NCBI GenBank assembly: GCA_964409955.1
Contig: CAYPEY010000003.1
Location: 5,914 to 69,913 of the forward strand
Source of the DNA: an uncultured Staphylococcaceae bacterium
GTDB taxonomy: Bacteria > Bacillota_I > Bacilli_A > ML615J-28 > CAG-313
Reading direction: 5' to 3'
DNA length: 64,000 nucleotides
Shown here: piece by piece, positions 27,546-39,068 of the stretch
Position numbering within the stretch: position 1 is the first letter of the stretch
Layout of the letters: each line of letters starts with the position of its first letter
Position numbers and translations under genes: made by a program
The notes under the pieces: generated by a model
What the model was told of the DNA's origin: nothing
The model's database searches: none
What the model saw: only the letters and a program-made list of their open reading frames with translations

Positions 27546-27575
27546 CAAAAAAGACAGTACCTAAAAGTACTGTCT
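27546..27575 (-). terminator. intrinsic terminator after rplQ (end of alpha operon)
   Basis: AGACAGUAC-UUUUAG-GUACUGUCU followed by UUUUUUG. Confidence 0.75.
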
Positions 27576-27598
27576 ATTTTAATTCAAAATATATATTA

Positions 27599-27961
27599 TT
27601 AGATAAATTCAATGATTGCCATTTCAGTAGCATCACCACGACGAGGACCAAGTTTTAACACTCTTGTATATCCACCGTTACGGTCTGCATATTTAGGAGC
27701 AATTTCACTGAATAATTTTTGGATTGCATAGTTACCTTCATCATCTTTTTCAAAACGAATAAGTTCTGCAGCTTGACGACGTGCTGCAAGATCACCTTTT
27801 TTACCAAGAGTAACCATTTTATCAGCTAAACGTTTTAATTCTTTTGCTTTTGTTACAGTTGTTTCTATGCGACCATTTAAAATTAAATCTGTAATTAAGT
27901 CACGGAATAAAGCTTTTCTTTGATGGCTTTTACGACTTAAAGTACGATATCCTAATGCCAT
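27599..27961 (-). CDS. rplQ: 50S ribosomal protein L17
   Basis: Sequence ([22 protein letters not shown]...) and operon position. Confidence 0.97.
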   Translation of the reverse strand: MALGYRTLSRKSHQRKALFRDLITDLILNGRIETTVTKAKELKRLADKMVTLGKKGDLAARRQAAELIRFEKDDEGNYAIQKLFSEIAPKYADRNGGYTRVLKLGPRRGDATEMAIIEFI

Positions 27962-27998
27962 AATTAATTTCTCCTTCTAAAGAATTTTTTGGATTTGA

Positions 27999-29120
27999 TT
28001 ATTCTTCAGATGAATCATATGATTCATCATCATCATCTTCATCATCATCAAATAATGTACTACTATTTTTAAGGTCTAACCCGATTTCACGAAGTTTTTG
28101 AACTACTTCTTTTAATGACTTACGACCTAAGTTCTTAACTTTCATCATTTCTTCTTCTGTCTTTTGTGTTAATTCACCAACAGTATTGATGTTTGCACGT
28201 TTTAAACAGTTATATGAACGAACTGATAGAGTAAGATCTTCGATTTTCTTATCAAGTTTGCTGTCAACGACTTTTTCTTCACTTTCAAGCATATATTTTT
28301 TATTCTCAAGTTCAACATTTAAGTTTTGAATAACCATAAAATGTTCAATTAAGAATTTAGATGCAAGTGATAATGCATTAGTAGCTTTGATTGAACCATT
28401 TGTCCAAACTTCTACTGTTAATTGATCACAATTGAAATTGTCTTCATAACGAGTTTTAGCTACATCATAGTTACATTTTACAACTGGAGTAAAGATAGAA
28501 TCAATTGGAAGTCTTCCGATAACTCTTTGACCATTTTCTTTACAGAATTTTTTGTTTTCATCAGCATTAACATAACCAACACCATTTCTTACAAATAATT
28601 CCATTTTTAAACTTCCACCAGCTGAAAGTGTTGCAATTTCTTGATCTTTATTAACTACAACGATATCTTCTGTAGAATCACAGTTAATATCTTTTGCATA
28701 TATAACTTTTTCATAAACAACTTCATCTTCAGCAACACCTTTTGCAAGTTGTTCTGAAACACTTGGAAGTGATGCAATTAATTCGATACGATAGATTTCA
28801 TCTTGATTTCCAAAATCACCTGTTTCATTTTTATCAGCATTTATAGTAAATACTACTTTCTTTAAATTTAAGATGATTTCAGTAACGTCTTCACGAACAC
28901 CGTTAATTGCACAGAATTCATGTTGAACTCCTTCGATATCGATTGCAACAATTGCTGCACCAGGAAGAGATGATAATAATACTCTTCTTAGTGAATTACC
29001 AAGAGTCATACCATATCCTCTTTCAAGAGGTGATAAAACTAATTTACAATAATTGTCGCTAACATTAACAACATCTTCATTAATTTTTAATTCAGGTTTA
29101 ATAAATTCCACTCTTCTCAT
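27999..29120 (-). CDS. rpoA: DNA-directed RNA polymerase subunit alpha (373 aa, with insertion and acidic tail)
   Basis: LERGYGMTLGNSLRRVLLSSLPGAA and the CTD motif LSVRSYNCLKRANINTVGEL. Confidence 0.95.
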   Translation of the reverse strand: MRRVEFIKPELKINEDVVNVSDNYCKLVLSPLERGYGMTLGNSLRRVLLSSLPGAAIVAIDIEGVQHEFCAINGVREDVTEIILNLKKVVFTINADKNETGDFGNQDEIYRIELIASLPSVSEQLAKGVAEDEVVYEKVIYAKDINCDSTEDIVVVNKDQEIATLSAGGSLKMELFVRNGVGYVNADENKKFCKENGQRVIGRLPIDSIFTPVVKCNYDVAKTRYEDNFNCDQLTVEVWTNGSIKATNALSLASKFLIEHFMVIQNLNVELENKKYMLESEEKVVDSKLDKKIEDLTLSVRSYNCLKRANINTVGELTQKTEEEMMKVKNLGRKSLKEVVQKLREIGLDLKNSSTLFDDDEDDDDESYDSSEE

Positions 29121-29183
29121 TTTTTATCCTCCTAACAGATATATAGTTGGTATATTTTTATACCTAAAAGTTTCATCAATATA

Positions 29184-29570
29184 TTATCCACGAGGTCTTT
29201 TTGGAGGACGGCAACCGTTATGAGGAACAGGTGTAACGTCTTGAATAGAAACGATTTCAAGACCTGCAACTTGTAATGAACGAATTGCAGCTTCACGACC
29301 AGGACCAGGTCCTTTAACTGTTACTTCAACTTTTACCATTCCATTATCCATAGCTGCTTTTGCTGCTGCTTCAGATGCCATTTGTGCTGCGAATGGAGTA
29401 GATTTTTTACTTCCTTTGAAACCAACTGCACCAGCGCTGCTCCAAGATACAACATTTCCTGTTGGATCAGTGATAGTTACAATTGTATTATTGAATGTAG
29501 AATGAATATGTGCAACCCCTAGAGGTATATTCTTTCTTACACGACGTTTACGAATTACTTTCTTAGCCAT
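29184..29570 (-). CDS. rpsK: 30S ribosomal protein S11
   Basis: Conserved sequence ([18 protein letters not shown]...) and operon order. Confidence 0.97.
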   Translation of the reverse strand: MAKKVIRKRRVRKNIPLGVAHIHSTFNNTIVTITDPTGNVVSWSSAGAVGFKGSKKSTPFAAQMASEAAAKAAMDNGMVKVEVTVKGPGPGREAAIRSLQVAGLEIVSIQDVTPVPHNGCRPPKRPRG

Positions 29571-29584
29571 TTAATTCACGCCTC

Positions 29585-29950
29585 CTATTTCTTCTTATTA
29601 GCTACAGTCTTAGCAGGACCTTTACGAGTTCTAGCGTTTGTTCTAGTTCTTTGTCCTCTAACTGGTAAGCCTTTTCTGTGACGAAGTCCACGGTAGCTTC
29701 CGATTTCCATTAATCTCTTAATGTTCATTGCTACTTCTCTACGTAAGTCACCTTCTACTTGATATTTAGCAACTTCTTGACGAATTGCTGTAAGTTCTAC
29801 TTCAGATAAATCTTTAACTCTTTTATCTTCAGAGATATTGGCATTCTTTAGAATTTCTTCTGCAGTTGGTCTACCAATACCATAAATATATGTTAATGAT
29901 ATTACTACGCGTTTATTGCTAGGAATATCAACACCAGATATACGTGCCAT
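29585..29950 (-). CDS. rpsM: 30S ribosomal protein S13
   Basis: [10 protein letters not shown]... and operon order. Confidence 0.97.
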   Translation of the reverse strand: MARISGVDIPSNKRVVISLTYIYGIGRPTAEEILKNANISEDKRVKDLSEVELTAIRQEVAKYQVEGDLRREVAMNIKRLMEIGSYRGLRHRKGLPVRGQRTRTNARTRKGPAKTVANKKK

Positions 29951-29967
29951 AATTTATAAGCCTCCTA

Positions 29968-30084
29968 TTAGCCTTGTCTTTGTTTGTGTTTAGGGTAAAC
30001 TGGACAGATTACCATAACACGTCCATGTCTTTTAATTACTTTACATTTATCACAAATTGGTTTAACAGATGGTCTAACCTTCAT
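29968..30084 (-). CDS. rpmJ: 50S ribosomal protein L36
   Basis: Manual translation gives [38 protein letters not shown] (38 aa), between infA and rpsM. Too short for the ORF track. Confidence 0.9.
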   Translation of the reverse strand: MKVRPSVKPICDKCKVIKRHGRVMVICPVYPKHKQRQG

Positions 30085-30128
30085 TGTGTACCTCCTATGT
30101 ATTTTAATTTGCTCTTTTGAATTACAAC

Positions 30129-30350
30129 TTATTTATGTCTATAAGTTATACGTCCACGTGTTAAGTCATATGGTGATATTTCAACAGTCACTCGATCACC
30201 TGGTAAAATGCGAATCGTATTCATACGGATTTTACCAGAAACGTGGGCAATAATTGTTTGGCCATTTGCAGTTAACTTTACTTTGAAAACTGTATTAGGC
30301 ATAACTTCAACGACTGTTCCTTCCATTTCGAAAACATCATTTTTTGACAT
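30129..30350 (-). CDS. infA: translation initiation factor IF-1
   Basis: S1-like 73-aa protein ([18 protein letters not shown]...). Confidence 0.97.
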   Translation of the reverse strand: MSKNDVFEMEGTVVEVMPNTVFKVKLTANGQTIIAHVSGKIRMNTIRILPGDRVTVEISPYDLTRGRITYRHK

Positions 30351-31111
30351 TAATCGTTCTCCTTTATTTTAGTTAAAATTTCATAACCGTTATCAGTAAT
30401 AACAATTGAATTTTCATAATGTGCGCTAGCTTTTTTATCTTGTGTTATTGTTGTCCAACCATCTTGTAAGATTCTTACACGATGTGTTCCTTCATTAATC
30501 ATTGGCTCTATGGCAAGTGTCATACCAACTCTTAAGATGGGTCCACAGCCTTCGGCTCCATAATTTGGAACAGCTGGATCTTCATGTAACGCAGTTCCGA
30601 TACCATGACCTGTAAAATCTTTTACAACGCCATAGTTAAATTTTTTTGCATAAGCTTCAATTGCATGAGATATATCGGATAATCGATTCCCAGGACGAGC
30701 ATATTTTAATCCCTCAAAGAACGATTGTTCCGTAACTTCTATTAATTTAAGCTTTTCAGCTGATACATTTCCACATGGCCAAGTTCTAGCACAGTCTCCA
30801 TGATAGCCTTTATAACAAGCTCCTATATCAATAGAAATTATATCACCATCTTTTAATTTTTGTCTGTTACTTGGAATTCCATGAATTACAACTTCATTAA
30901 TTGATGCACAAATAGATGCAGGATATCCACCATAATTTAAAAATGATGGGGTTGCACCATGAGATGTAATTACATCATATGCAATTTTATCAAGTTCTTT
31001 TGTTGTAACACCAGGTTTAATTGCCTGTCTTATTGCTTCATGAGCAAGCATTGCGATATGCCCTGCTTCTTTCATTAAATCAATTTCGCGTTTACTTTTA
31101 TATGTAATCAT
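30350..31111 (-). CDS. map: type I methionine aminopeptidase
   Basis: MetAP fold motifs ([32 protein letters not shown]). Position after adk. Confidence 0.95.
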   Translation of the reverse strand: MITYKSKREIDLMKEAGHIAMLAHEAIRQAIKPGVTTKELDKIAYDVITSHGATPSFLNYGGYPASICASINEVVIHGIPSNRQKLKDGDIISIDIGACYKGYHGDCARTWPCGNVSAEKLKLIEVTEQSFFEGLKYARPGNRLSDISHAIEAYAKKFNYGVVKDFTGHGIGTALHEDPAVPNYGAEGCGPILRVGMTLAIEPMINEGTHRVRILQDGWTTITQDKKASAHYENSIVITDNGYEILTKIKEND

Positions 31112-31764
31112 TAAGCCTCCAATTTTGTAATAGTTTCTTTTACTACATCACTAATTGTTTGATTACTATTAACGCTTACTAATAATCCAAGTTTTTCATA
31201 ATACGCTATAATTGGTTTTGTTTGTTTATTGTAAACAGCAAGACGTTCTTTAATAGTTTCGCTTGTGTCATCTTTTCTTTGATAAAGTGGTGCATTACAA
31301 TCATCACAAATACCTTCAGTTTTTGGTTTAAGTGATATTAAATTATACCCTTTACCACAATTTGAACAAAGACGTCTATTTACAATTCTTTCTTCGATAA
31401 CTCCATCTTCAACTTCAAGATTGATAGCTGCATCAAGTTTTATATCAAGGTCATCTAAAATATTAGATAATGCTTCAGCTTGGTCTAATGTTCTTGGAAA
31501 CCCATCAAGTAAGAATCCATTCTTACAATCATCTTCACTAAGACGTTCTTTTACAATTTGATTTGTAACTTCGTCTGGAACAAGTTGTCCTTTGTCGATA
31601 AAACTTTGAGCAAGAACACCTGTTGGTGTTTTTTCTGATATTGCTTTTCTAAATATATCTCCTGTGGAAATGTGGGGAATGCTGTAGTGTGATTTTAAAT
31701 CTACAGCACATGTCCCCTTACCAGATCCAGGAGCACCCATAATTAATAGATGCATAACTTTCAC
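31111..31764 (-). CDS. adk: adenylate kinase
   Basis: P-loop GAPGSGKGT and zinc lid CSNCGKGY...CDDC. Confidence 0.96.
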   Translation of the reverse strand: MKVMHLLIMGAPGSGKGTCAVDLKSHYSIPHISTGDIFRKAISEKTPTGVLAQSFIDKGQLVPDEVTNQIVKERLSEDDCKNGFLLDGFPRTLDQAEALSNILDDLDIKLDAAINLEVEDGVIEERIVNRRLCSNCGKGYNLISLKPKTEGICDDCNAPLYQRKDDTSETIKERLAVYNKQTKPIIAYYEKLGLLVSVNSNQTISDVVKETITKLEA

Positions 31765-31772
31765 CTTATATT

Positions 31773-33089
31773 TTATAAAAATCCGTGATAATCTTGAGCT
31801 TGTCCTTCAGTTTTAATTTGTTTAACTGTTTCTAAAGCAACACCAACAACGATCATTAATGATGTTCCTCCAATTTGAACTGAAGCAGGAAGTTCAGGGA
31901 AAATGAATGTAACGATTACTGGGATTGCTGCAAGTACTGCTAAGTATGTAGCACCAAGTAAAGTTACTTTAAATAATACTTTTGAAATAAAGATTGCTGT
32001 ATCTTCTCCAGGTTTAATACCAGGAATATGTGCATTTTGTTTCTTCAAATTATCTGCCATTTTGTCAGGATCAATTTGTAAGAATGAATAGAAGAATGCA
32101 AATACAAAGATTAAGATAATGTAAATTGCAAACCCAATTGGTTTTTGGTAACTGAAAATTGTGTACCACCATTCGCTAATTGTTTTTCCACTAGATTCTA
32201 CAAATTGTAAAATAGTTGTAGGAAGTGATAATAATGTAGAAGCAAAAATTACCGGAATTACAGATGCAGAATTAAGTTTGATTGGAATATTTGAATCTTG
32301 TTTACCAACAAGTTTTGCACCAGCTGGGCGATTTGAATAAAGAACAGGAATTTTTCTTTGTAATCCTTCCATCCAAACAACACCAACGATGATTCCAACA
32401 AATACTAACATCATAACAATATATAATACAATACCTTGCCACATTAATGCTTGTGTTTCAGAATCTCTATAAGCATCACCACTAATGAAGTATTCCCATA
32501 ATTGGTACATCATTGTTGGGAAGCTTACTACGATACCAGCAACGATTAACATTGAAGCGCCATTTCCGATTCCTCTCATTGTAATTTGATCAGCAAGCCA
32601 TAATGTAAATGCTGTACCTGCTGTAAGTACAATTGCAATGTAGATATAAGTAAATGCATTAAATTCTGATACATCTCTAAAATATACATTACTTGTTGCT
32701 TTTAACCCAAGAATTAATGCTAATGCTTGAATGAAAGCAATGAATAATGCAATATATCTTGTCCATCTATTTAATTTTTCTTTACCAGCTTCACCTTCTT
32801 CAGCCCATTCTTTGAATTGTGGGATTATGTCAAGTTGTAACATTTGTACAACAATTGATGAAGTGATATATGGACTAATACCTAAAGATAATACTGAAAA
32901 TTGAGATAAACCTCCACCAGCAAATACATCTAAGAAACCAAAAATGTTAGATGATCCTTCTGTTGGTAAAGAAGAGTAGTTTGCAAATGGAAATTTAATA
33001 TGAATTCCTACACGCCATACGATTAAACATAATACTGTGAAGGCAATCATTCCTATTAATTTTTTATACTTCCCGAAAAACTTTTTCAT
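31773..33089 (-). CDS. secY: preprotein translocase subunit SecY
   Basis: 10-TM SecY sequence. Position between rplO and adk. Confidence 0.96.
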   Translation of the reverse strand: MKKFFGKYKKLIGMIAFTVLCLIVWRVGIHIKFPFANYSSLPTEGSSNIFGFLDVFAGGGLSQFSVLSLGISPYITSSIVVQMLQLDIIPQFKEWAEEGEAGKEKLNRWTRYIALFIAFIQALALILGLKATSNVYFRDVSEFNAFTYIYIAIVLTAGTAFTLWLADQITMRGIGNGASMLIVAGIVVSFPTMMYQLWEYFISGDAYRDSETQALMWQGIVLYIVMMLVFVGIIVGVVWMEGLQRKIPVLYSNRPAGAKLVGKQDSNIPIKLNSASVIPVIFASTLLSLPTTILQFVESSGKTISEWWYTIFSYQKPIGFAIYIILIFVFAFFYSFLQIDPDKMADNLKKQNAHIPGIKPGEDTAIFISKVLFKVTLLGATYLAVLAAIPVIVTFIFPELPASVQIGGTSLMIVVGVALETVKQIKTEGQAQDYHGFL

Positions 33090-33090
33090 T

Positions 33091-33534
33091 TTAAGCCACC
33101 TCTACTGTTCCACCAGCTGCTTTAATTTTCTCCTCAGCAGCTTTTGAAAATTTAGCTGCTTTAACTGTTAAAGCTTTGCTAAGTTCTCCGTTGCTTAAAA
33201 TTTTCACTCCTTCATATTCTTTTTTAACAAGTCCACTAGCTTTTAGTGCTGCTAAATCAACAACTGCACCAGCTTCGAATCTTTCTTCGATATCACATAA
33301 ATTTACAACAGCAAATTCTTTACGATTGATGTTTGTAAATCCTCTTTTAGGTAAACGTTTGAATAATTGTGTTTGTCCACCTTCGTATCCTGGTCTAACT
33401 CCACCACCGCTACGAGCGTTTTGCCCTTTATGACCGCGAGTTGCAGTTTTACCCATTCCACTACCAATACCACGACCTACACGTTTTTTTGCATGTCTAG
33501 CACCAGCAACTGGTTTTAATTCATTTAAATTCAT
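33091..33534 (-). CDS. rplO: 50S ribosomal protein L15
   Basis: Sequence and operon order. Confidence 0.96.
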   Translation of the reverse strand: MNLNELKPVAGARHAKKRVGRGIGSGMGKTATRGHKGQNARSGGGVRPGYEGGQTQLFKRLPKRGFTNINRKEFAVVNLCDIEERFEAGAVVDLAALKASGLVKKEYEGVKILSNGELSKALTVKAAKFSKAAEEKIKAAGGTVEVA

Positions 33535-33545
33535 AAATGTGCCTC

Positions 33546-33728
33546 CTATGCTTCAACAACAGTTACTAAATGTGAAACTGTTTTGATCATACCACGAATA
33601 GCAGCATTATCTTCTTTTGTAACTGTTTGACCAATTTTTGATAAACCTAAAGCTTTTAATGTAGCTCTTTGATTTTTAGGATGAGCAATACCACTTTTAA
33701 CTAATTTAATTGTAATTGTTTTTTCCAT
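33546..33728 (-). CDS. rpmD: 50S ribosomal protein L30
   Basis: Sequence and operon order. Confidence 0.95.
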   Translation of the reverse strand: MEKTITIKLVKSGIAHPKNQRATLKALGLSKIGQTVTKEDNAAIRGMIKTVSHLVTVVEA

Positions 33729-33740
33729 ATTCGCACCATC

Positions 33741-34256
33741 CTATAAAATTTCTGATTTATCTTTTCCACGAAGTTTAGCAACATCTTCAGCTGTACGTAA
33801 TGCTTCAAGACCTTTAAAAGTAGCACGTACGATGTTGATAGGTGTATTTGAACCTTGTGATTTAGAAACGATATCTTTAATACCTGCAAGTTCAACTACG
33901 TTACGAACTGGACCACCAGCGATGATTCCAGTACCAGCTGGAGCAGGTTTTAAGAATACTTGTCCTGCACCATGAATACCTGTAATTTCATGTGGAATAG
34001 TTGTTCCTACGATTGGAACATTAATAATATTTTTCTTAGCATCTTCAACTGCTTTTTTGATAGCTTCAGGAACTTCTTGAGCTTTTCCGCTTCCGAAACC
34101 AACATGACCATTATAGTCACCAACAACTACTAATGCTGCAAAACGGAATCTTCTACCACCTTTAACAACTTTTGTTACACGGTTAATAACTACAACACGT
34201 TCATCATATTGTTTTTCTTCAACTACATTTTGTGTTAATACTTTTTCTTCACTCAT
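33741..34256 (-). CDS. rpsE: 30S ribosomal protein S5
   Basis: Sequence ([18 protein letters not shown]) and operon order. Confidence 0.97.
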   Translation of the reverse strand: MSEEKVLTQNVVEEKQYDERVVVINRVTKVVKGGRRFRFAALVVVGDYNGHVGFGSGKAQEVPEAIKKAVEDAKKNIINVPIVGTTIPHEITGIHGAGQVFLKPAPAGTGIIAGGPVRNVVELAGIKDIVSKSQGSNTPINIVRATFKGLEALRTAEDVAKLRGKDKSEIL

Positions 34257-34268
34257 GTAAGTTACCTC

Positions 34269-34631
34269 CTAAAACTTAAGCCCGGCTTCACGAGCCGCTT
34301 CAGCTAATGCTTGTACACGTCCATGGAATAAGAATCCGCCACGGTCAAATACAACAACTTCAATACCAGCTGCTTTTGCACGTTCTGCAATTAAAGCACC
34401 AACTTTTTTAGCTGCTTCGATATTTGAACCATTTTCGAATTTAGCTCCATTTTCGAATGTAGATGCAGAAACTAAAGTAATTTGTTTTTCATCATCAATT
34501 AATTGAGCTGAGATATGTTTGTTAGAACGATATACTGCAAGACGAGGGCGAGCTTCAGTTCCACTAATAACTGCTCTTACTCTGTTGTGTCTAGATTGAC
34601 GAGCAATCTTCTTAGATTTTTTAACGATCAT
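34269..34631 (-). CDS. rplR: 50S ribosomal protein L18
   Basis: Sequence and operon order. Confidence 0.96.
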   Translation of the reverse strand: MIVKKSKKIARQSRHNRVRAVISGTEARPRLAVYRSNKHISAQLIDDEKQITLVSASTFENGAKFENGSNIEAAKKVGALIAERAKAAGIEVVVFDRGGFLFHGRVQALAEAAREAGLKF

Positions 34632-34650
34632 TTCCTATAGTCTCTCCTTT

Positions 34651-35187
34651 CTACTTAGCTTTCTTTCCTTCTTTACGACGAACATATTCACCACGATAAC
34701 GAATACCTTTTCCTTTATAAGGTTCAGGTTTACGGATGGCTCTAATTTCAGCCGCAAATTCACCTACTACTTGTTTGTCGCATCCACTGATTTGGATTTC
34801 TGTAGGTGTAGGACAAACTACCTTAATACCTTCTGGTAGTTTCATAGGAACATTGTGTGAATAACCTGCGTTAACTACTAAAGTATCACCTTGTAATTGA
34901 GCACGGTAACCAACACCATTGATTTCTAATATTTTTGTAAATCCTTCAGATACACCAACAACCATGTTATTGATTACAGCACGAGTTGTACCATGTAATG
35001 CACGATGTTGTTTTGATTCTGTTGGACGTTTTACTGCGATTTCATTATTTTCTACTTCAACGATTATTTCTGGATTGAAAGCAAAATCTAAAGTTCCTTT
35101 TGCACCTTTAACAGTAATTAAGTTACCTTCAATTTTAACTTCAACCCCTTGAGGGATAACGATATGCTTATTACCAATTCTTGACAT
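34651..35187 (-). CDS. rplF: 50S ribosomal protein L6
   Basis: [12 protein letters not shown]... and operon order. Confidence 0.96.
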   Translation of the reverse strand: MSRIGNKHIVIPQGVEVKIEGNLITVKGAKGTLDFAFNPEIIVEVENNEIAVKRPTESKQHRALHGTTRAVINNMVVGVSEGFTKILEINGVGYRAQLQGDTLVVNAGYSHNVPMKLPEGIKVVCPTPTEIQISGCDKQVVGEFAAEIRAIRKPEPYKGKGIRYRGEYVRRKEGKKAK

Positions 35188-35199
35188 ATGCGAAACCTC

Positions 35200-35595
35200 C
35201 TACCAAACGAATGCTATAACTTCTCCGCCAAGCTTGTTAAGACGAGCTTCACGATCAGTCATAATTCCATTTGAAGTTGAAATAATTGCAACACCTAAAC
35301 CATTTAATACTTTAGGAAGTTCTGTTGCTTTTGCATAAACTCTTAAACCAGGTTTAGAAATTCTTTTTAAACCTTTAATTACACGTACTTTATCAACGTA
35401 TTTTAAAGTAACTTTAATAATACCTTGTTTTCCGTCTTCAATTTTTTCATATTCGCTGATATACCCTTCATTCTTTAACACATTTAAAATTTCTAATTTT
35501 AAACGAGATGCTGGCATAGAAACAGATTCATGTTTCATTTGATTAGCATTACGAATTCTTGTTAACATATCTGCAATTGGATCAGTCATCACCAT
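35200..35595 (-). CDS. rpsH: 30S ribosomal protein S8
   Basis: [15 protein letters not shown]... and operon order. Confidence 0.97.
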   Translation of the reverse strand: MVMTDPIADMLTRIRNANQMKHESVSMPASRLKLEILNVLKNEGYISEYEKIEDGKQGIIKVTLKYVDKVRVIKGLKRISKPGLRVYAKATELPKVLNGLGVAIISTSNGIMTDREARLNKLGGEVIAFVW

Positions 35596-35611
35596 TCGAA
35601 TAACCTCCTTA

Positions 35612-35797
35612 CTACCAACTAGCCTTAGTAACGCCAGGGATTAATCCTTCGTATGCTAATTCTCTAAAGCAAACTCTACAGATTTTGAATTTGCGATATA
35701 CAGCATGAGGACGTCCACAACGTTCACATCTAGTGTAATTTCTTGTTGAAAATTTAGCTGGTCTAGCACATTTTACTTTTAATGATTTTTTAGCCAT
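35612..35797 (-). CDS. rpsN: 30S ribosomal protein S14 type Z (zinc-binding)
   Basis: 61 aa with CERCGRP...CRVC. Confidence 0.96.
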   Translation of the reverse strand: MAKKSLKVKCARPAKFSTRNYTRCERCGRPHAVYRKFKICRVCFRELAYEGLIPGVTKASW

Positions 35798-35807
35798 AAT
35801 TTACCTC

Positions 35808-36350
35808 CTACTTTTTTGCGAAAGGCATGCCTAAGTAAGTTAATAGAGCACGTCCTTCTTCATCAGTTTTCGCAGTAGTTACGATAACGATATCCATACC
35901 ACGGATCTTTAATACTTTATCATAATTGATTTCAGGGAAAATTAATTGTTCTTTAACACCAATTGTATAGTTTCCTCTTCCATCAAATGAGTTAGGATTT
36001 ACACCACGGAAATCTCTAACACGAGGTAAAGCGATAGAAATTAATTTATCTAAAAATTCATACATTCTTTCGCCACGTAAAGTAACTTTTGCACCAATTG
36101 ACATACCTTCACGTAATTTGAAGACTGCAATTGATTTTTTTGCTTTTGTAACTAAAGGTTTTTGACCTGTAATTTGTGTTAAGTCTTCAACAGCTGCATC
36201 TAATAATTTAGAGTTAGCGATTGCATCCCCAACACCCATATTAACAACGATTTTGTCAATCTTTGGAACTTGCATAATTGTTGTGTAACCGAATTGTTCA
36301 GTTAATTTTGCAATAACTTCATTTTTGTATTGTTCTAAAACACGATTCAT
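35808..36350 (-). CDS. rplE: 50S ribosomal protein L5
   Basis: Sequence and operon order. Confidence 0.97.
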   Translation of the reverse strand: MNRVLEQYKNEVIAKLTEQFGYTTIMQVPKIDKIVVNMGVGDAIANSKLLDAAVEDLTQITGQKPLVTKAKKSIAVFKLREGMSIGAKVTLRGERMYEFLDKLISIALPRVRDFRGVNPNSFDGRGNYTIGVKEQLIFPEINYDKVLKIRGMDIVIVTTAKTDEEGRALLTYLGMPFAKK

Positions 36351-36368
36351 TTAATGCTTGCTCCTTTC

Positions 36369-36692
36369 TTATTTAATAACAGTTCCAGAAAGTTTGCAAT
36401 AACGAACTTTCTTACCGTCTTCAATTTTGTAACCAATCTTAGTAGGTTGTTTCTTAACTGGATCTAAGTAAGCAACATTTGATATATGGATTGGTGCTTC
36501 TTTTTTAGTAATACCTCCATCAGGATTAGCGTTTGATGGACGATTATGTTTTGTTACAATATTAACACCTTTAACTAAAACTTTGTTTTGTAAAGGATAA
36601 ACTGCTAGAACTTCACCTGTAGTGTATGTTCCATGATTTGGTTTGTTTTTACCTGTAGTAACTACTACAATATCACCTTTTTTAAGTTTCAT
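36369..36692 (-). CDS. rplX: 50S ribosomal protein L24
   Basis: MKLKKGDIVVV... KOW motif and operon order. Confidence 0.96.
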   Translation of the reverse strand: MKLKKGDIVVVTTGKNKPNHGTYTTGEVLAVYPLQNKVLVKGVNIVTKHNRPSNANPDGGITKKEAPIHISNVAYLDPVKKQPTKIGYKIEDGKKVRYCKLSGTVIK

Positions 36693-36707
36693 AACGCTTT
36701 CTCCTTT

Positions 36708-37076
36708 CTATAGTACTTCAGGAGCTAAAGACACAATTTTCATGAAATCTTTTTCACGTAATTCTCTAGCAACAGGCCCGAAAATACGAGTTCCACGAGG
36801 GTTCTTATCTTCTTTAATAACAACTGCAGCGTTATCATCGAATTTGATATATGAACCGTCAGGTCTTTTAACTGCTTTCTTAGTACGTACTATTACTGCT
36901 TTTACTACATCACCTTTTTTAACTACTCCACCAGTAGAGGCTGATTTAACTGAACATACGCAAATATCACCGATAGTTGCTGTTTTGTGGATTGAACCAC
37001 CTAATACTTTAATAATCAAAAGTTGTTTTGCACCGCTATTATCGGCTACATTAACTCTAGTTTCTTGTTGAACCAT
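36708..37076 (-). CDS. rplN: 50S ribosomal protein L14
   Basis: [17 protein letters not shown]... and operon order. Confidence 0.97.
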   Translation of the reverse strand: MVQQETRVNVADNSGAKQLLIIKVLGGSIHKTATIGDICVCSVKSASTGGVVKKGDVVKAVIVRTKKAVKRPDGSYIKFDDNAAVVIKEDKNPRGTRIFGPVARELREKDFMKIVSLAPEVL

Positions 37077-37090
37077 GTGTTACCTCCTGA

Positions 37091-37351
37091 TTAAATGATT
37101 ACAGCTTCTTGAACAATCTTCACTAAACGGTAACGTTTTGTTGCAGAAAGAGGACGAGTTTCCATAATTTCTACAATGTCACCTATTTTAGCAGTATTTT
37201 GTTCATCATGAGCTCTAAATTTCTTTGAATATTTTACTCTTTTTCCATATAAAGGATGTTTACGATAAGTTTCAACTAAAACTGTAATAGTTTTATCGTT
37301 TTTATCAGAAACAACTTTACCTACGTAAACTTTACGACTATTTCTTTCCAT
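37091..37351 (-). CDS. rpsQ: 30S ribosomal protein S17
   Basis: Sequence and operon order. Confidence 0.96.
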   Translation of the reverse strand: MERNSRKVYVGKVVSDKNDKTITVLVETYRKHPLYGKRVKYSKKFRAHDEQNTAKIGDIVEIMETRPLSATKRYRLVKIVQEAVII

Positions 37352-37364
37352 AGTTTACCTCCCA

Positions 37365-37613
37365 TTACTTAGCGTTAGCACGTTCTGTAAGAACTGTGTA
37401 ACATCTAGCAATTTCTTTTTTAACTTTCTTAAGTTGAGCAGTATTTTCTAATTTTCCTACTTCAGCTTGGAAACGTAAATTAAATAATTCTTGTTTTAAT
37501 TCGTTAATTTTTGTTTGGATTTCACTATCGCTTAATTCACGAAGTTTACCAGCAAGTGTTTTCTTTTCTGCAATTTTCTTTGCAAGAGCTTTATCTACTT
37601 TTTTTGCTGCCAT
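37365..37613 (-). CDS. rpmC: 50S ribosomal protein L29 (82 aa, Lys/Ala-rich N-terminal extension)
   Basis: Core LRELSDSEI...ELFNLRFQ. The ATG overlaps the rplP stop (TAATG). There is no internal alternative start codon. Confidence 0.93.
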   Translation of the reverse strand: MAAKKVDKALAKKIAEKKTLAGKLRELSDSEIQTKINELKQELFNLRFQAEVGKLENTAQLKKVKKEIARCYTVLTERANAK

Positions 37614-38032
37614 TAACGATCACCACTTTCTTTTACTACAAATTTAGTTTTAACTGGTAATTTGTGAGAAGCAAGACGTAAAGCTTCACGAGCTACTTCT
37701 TCACTTACTCCAGCGATTTCAAACATTATTGTACCATCTTTTACAACTGCTACATATCCGTCAGGAGCACCTTTACCTGATCCCATACGAACTTCTAGCG
37801 GTTTTTTAGTTCTAATATTATGAGGGAAGATTTTAATCCATACTTTCCCGTCACGTTTCATATAACGTGTCATTGCGATACGAGCTGCTTCGATTTGACG
37901 ATCTGTAATCCAAGCACCTTCTAAAGATTGAAGACCATATTCACCAAATGTTACAGTCTTTCCACCTTTTGCTTTTCCTTCATAGCTTACACGATGAGGA
38001 CGACGGTATTTAGTTCTTTTAGGCATTAACAT
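37613..38032 (-). CDS. rplP: 50S ribosomal protein L16
   Basis: [11 protein letters not shown]... and operon order. Confidence 0.97.
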   Translation of the reverse strand: MLMPKRTKYRRPHRVSYEGKAKGGKTVTFGEYGLQSLEGAWITDRQIEAARIAMTRYMKRDGKVWIKIFPHNIRTKKPLEVRMGSGKGAPDGYVAVVKDGTIMFEIAGVSEEVAREALRLASHKLPVKTKFVVKESGDR

Positions 38033-38034
38033 AA

Positions 38035-38706
38035 TTACTTAGCCTCCTTGTTTTGAACAGTTTTTTTAGCGGCAGGTAATACTTCACCTTTATTAATCCA
38101 AACTTTAACACCTAATTTTCCATAAGTTGTTGCAGCTTCTGCTGTTGCATAATCAATGTTAGCACGAAGAGTATGAAGAGGAACACTTCCTTCTGAATAC
38201 CATTCGCTACGAGCGATTTCAGCACCACCAAGACGTCCTGATACCATAGTTTTGATACCTTTAGCGCCAGCTTTTAAAGCTTTTTGGATTGCCATTTTTT
38301 GAACACGACGGAATGAAGCACGGTTTTCTAGTTCTTCAGCCATTTTACGTGCAACAAGTTTTGCATCTTTATCTGCTTCTGCTTGTTTAATTTCTAATAC
38401 AGTTAAGAATACAGTTTTACCTGTAAGTTTTTGTAAGTGTTTTAACACTTCTTGTTTTTTAGAACCTTGAGACCCGATTACTAAACCAGGCTTTGCTGCA
38501 TGAACGATAACGATAACTCTTTTACCAGTACGTTTGATTTCAACACGTGAAACATATGCAGATTTATAAACATCTTTTAAATAAGCACGAATTTTTAAAT
38601 CTTCGTGTAATAAGTCAGCAACTTTTGCTTTTGGTGCATACCATTTAGCATCCCAATCACGAATGATACCAACTCTTAAACCAATTGGACTAACCTTTTG
38701 ACCCAT
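38035..38706 (-). CDS. rpsC: 30S ribosomal protein S3
   Basis: [13 protein letters not shown]... and operon order. Confidence 0.97.
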   Translation of the reverse strand: MGQKVSPIGLRVGIIRDWDAKWYAPKAKVADLLHEDLKIRAYLKDVYKSAYVSRVEIKRTGKRVIVIVHAAKPGLVIGSQGSKKQEVLKHLQKLTGKTVFLTVLEIKQAEADKDAKLVARKMAEELENRASFRRVQKMAIQKALKAGAKGIKTMVSGRLGGAEIARSEWYSEGSVPLHTLRANIDYATAEAATTYGKLGVKVWINKGEVLPAAKKTVQNKEAK

Positions 38707-38720
38707 ATGTTTCCTCCTCC

Positions 38721-39056
38721 TTAGTTCTTTTCTGCCACTACAACTGTGATGTGGCTAGTTCTTTTTAAAATTCTATTTCCGCTACCTTTTGCACGAGCTC
38801 TCATTCTCTTTAATGTTGCTCCTTCATTAACAAATACTTCTTTAACGTATAATGCGTTAACATCCATTTGATAATTATGATCTGCGTTAGCGATTGCAGA
38901 GTTTAATACTTTTAAGATATCTTCTGTTGCAGTTGATTTAGTATTATTAAGGATAGCTACTGCTTCTCCTACTTTTTTACCACGAATTAAATCTACAACA
39001 AGTCTTGCTTTACGGGGTGATAATCTTAATGATTTTGCCATTGCTTTTGCTTCCAT
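38721..39056 (-). CDS. rplV: 50S ribosomal protein L22
   Basis: Sequence and operon order. The start may be the internal MAKSLRL. Confidence 0.95.
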   Translation of the reverse strand: MEAKAMAKSLRLSPRKARLVVDLIRGKKVGEAVAILNNTKSTATEDILKVLNSAIANADHNYQMDVNALYVKEVFVNEGATLKRMRARAKGSGNRILKRTSHITVVVAEKN

Positions 39057-39068
39057 ATTTTTTCACCT

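Noticed and set aside
28001-28060. Trinucleotide-like tca/atc run at the 3' end of rpoA as a possible variable repeat
   Set aside because: The run is imperfect and simply encodes the Asp/Glu-rich tail. It contains no exact tandem units.
33701-33895. 64-aa minus-strand ORF overlapping the rpsE/rpmD junction
   Set aside because: It is an out-of-frame overlap with two conserved r-protein genes and has no independent signals.
36643-37071. 142-aa plus-strand ORF antisense to rplX/rplN
   Set aside because: It is the antisense shadow of two universally conserved r-protein genes. It has a Ser/Thr/Leu/Phe-rich nonsense composition and no RBS.
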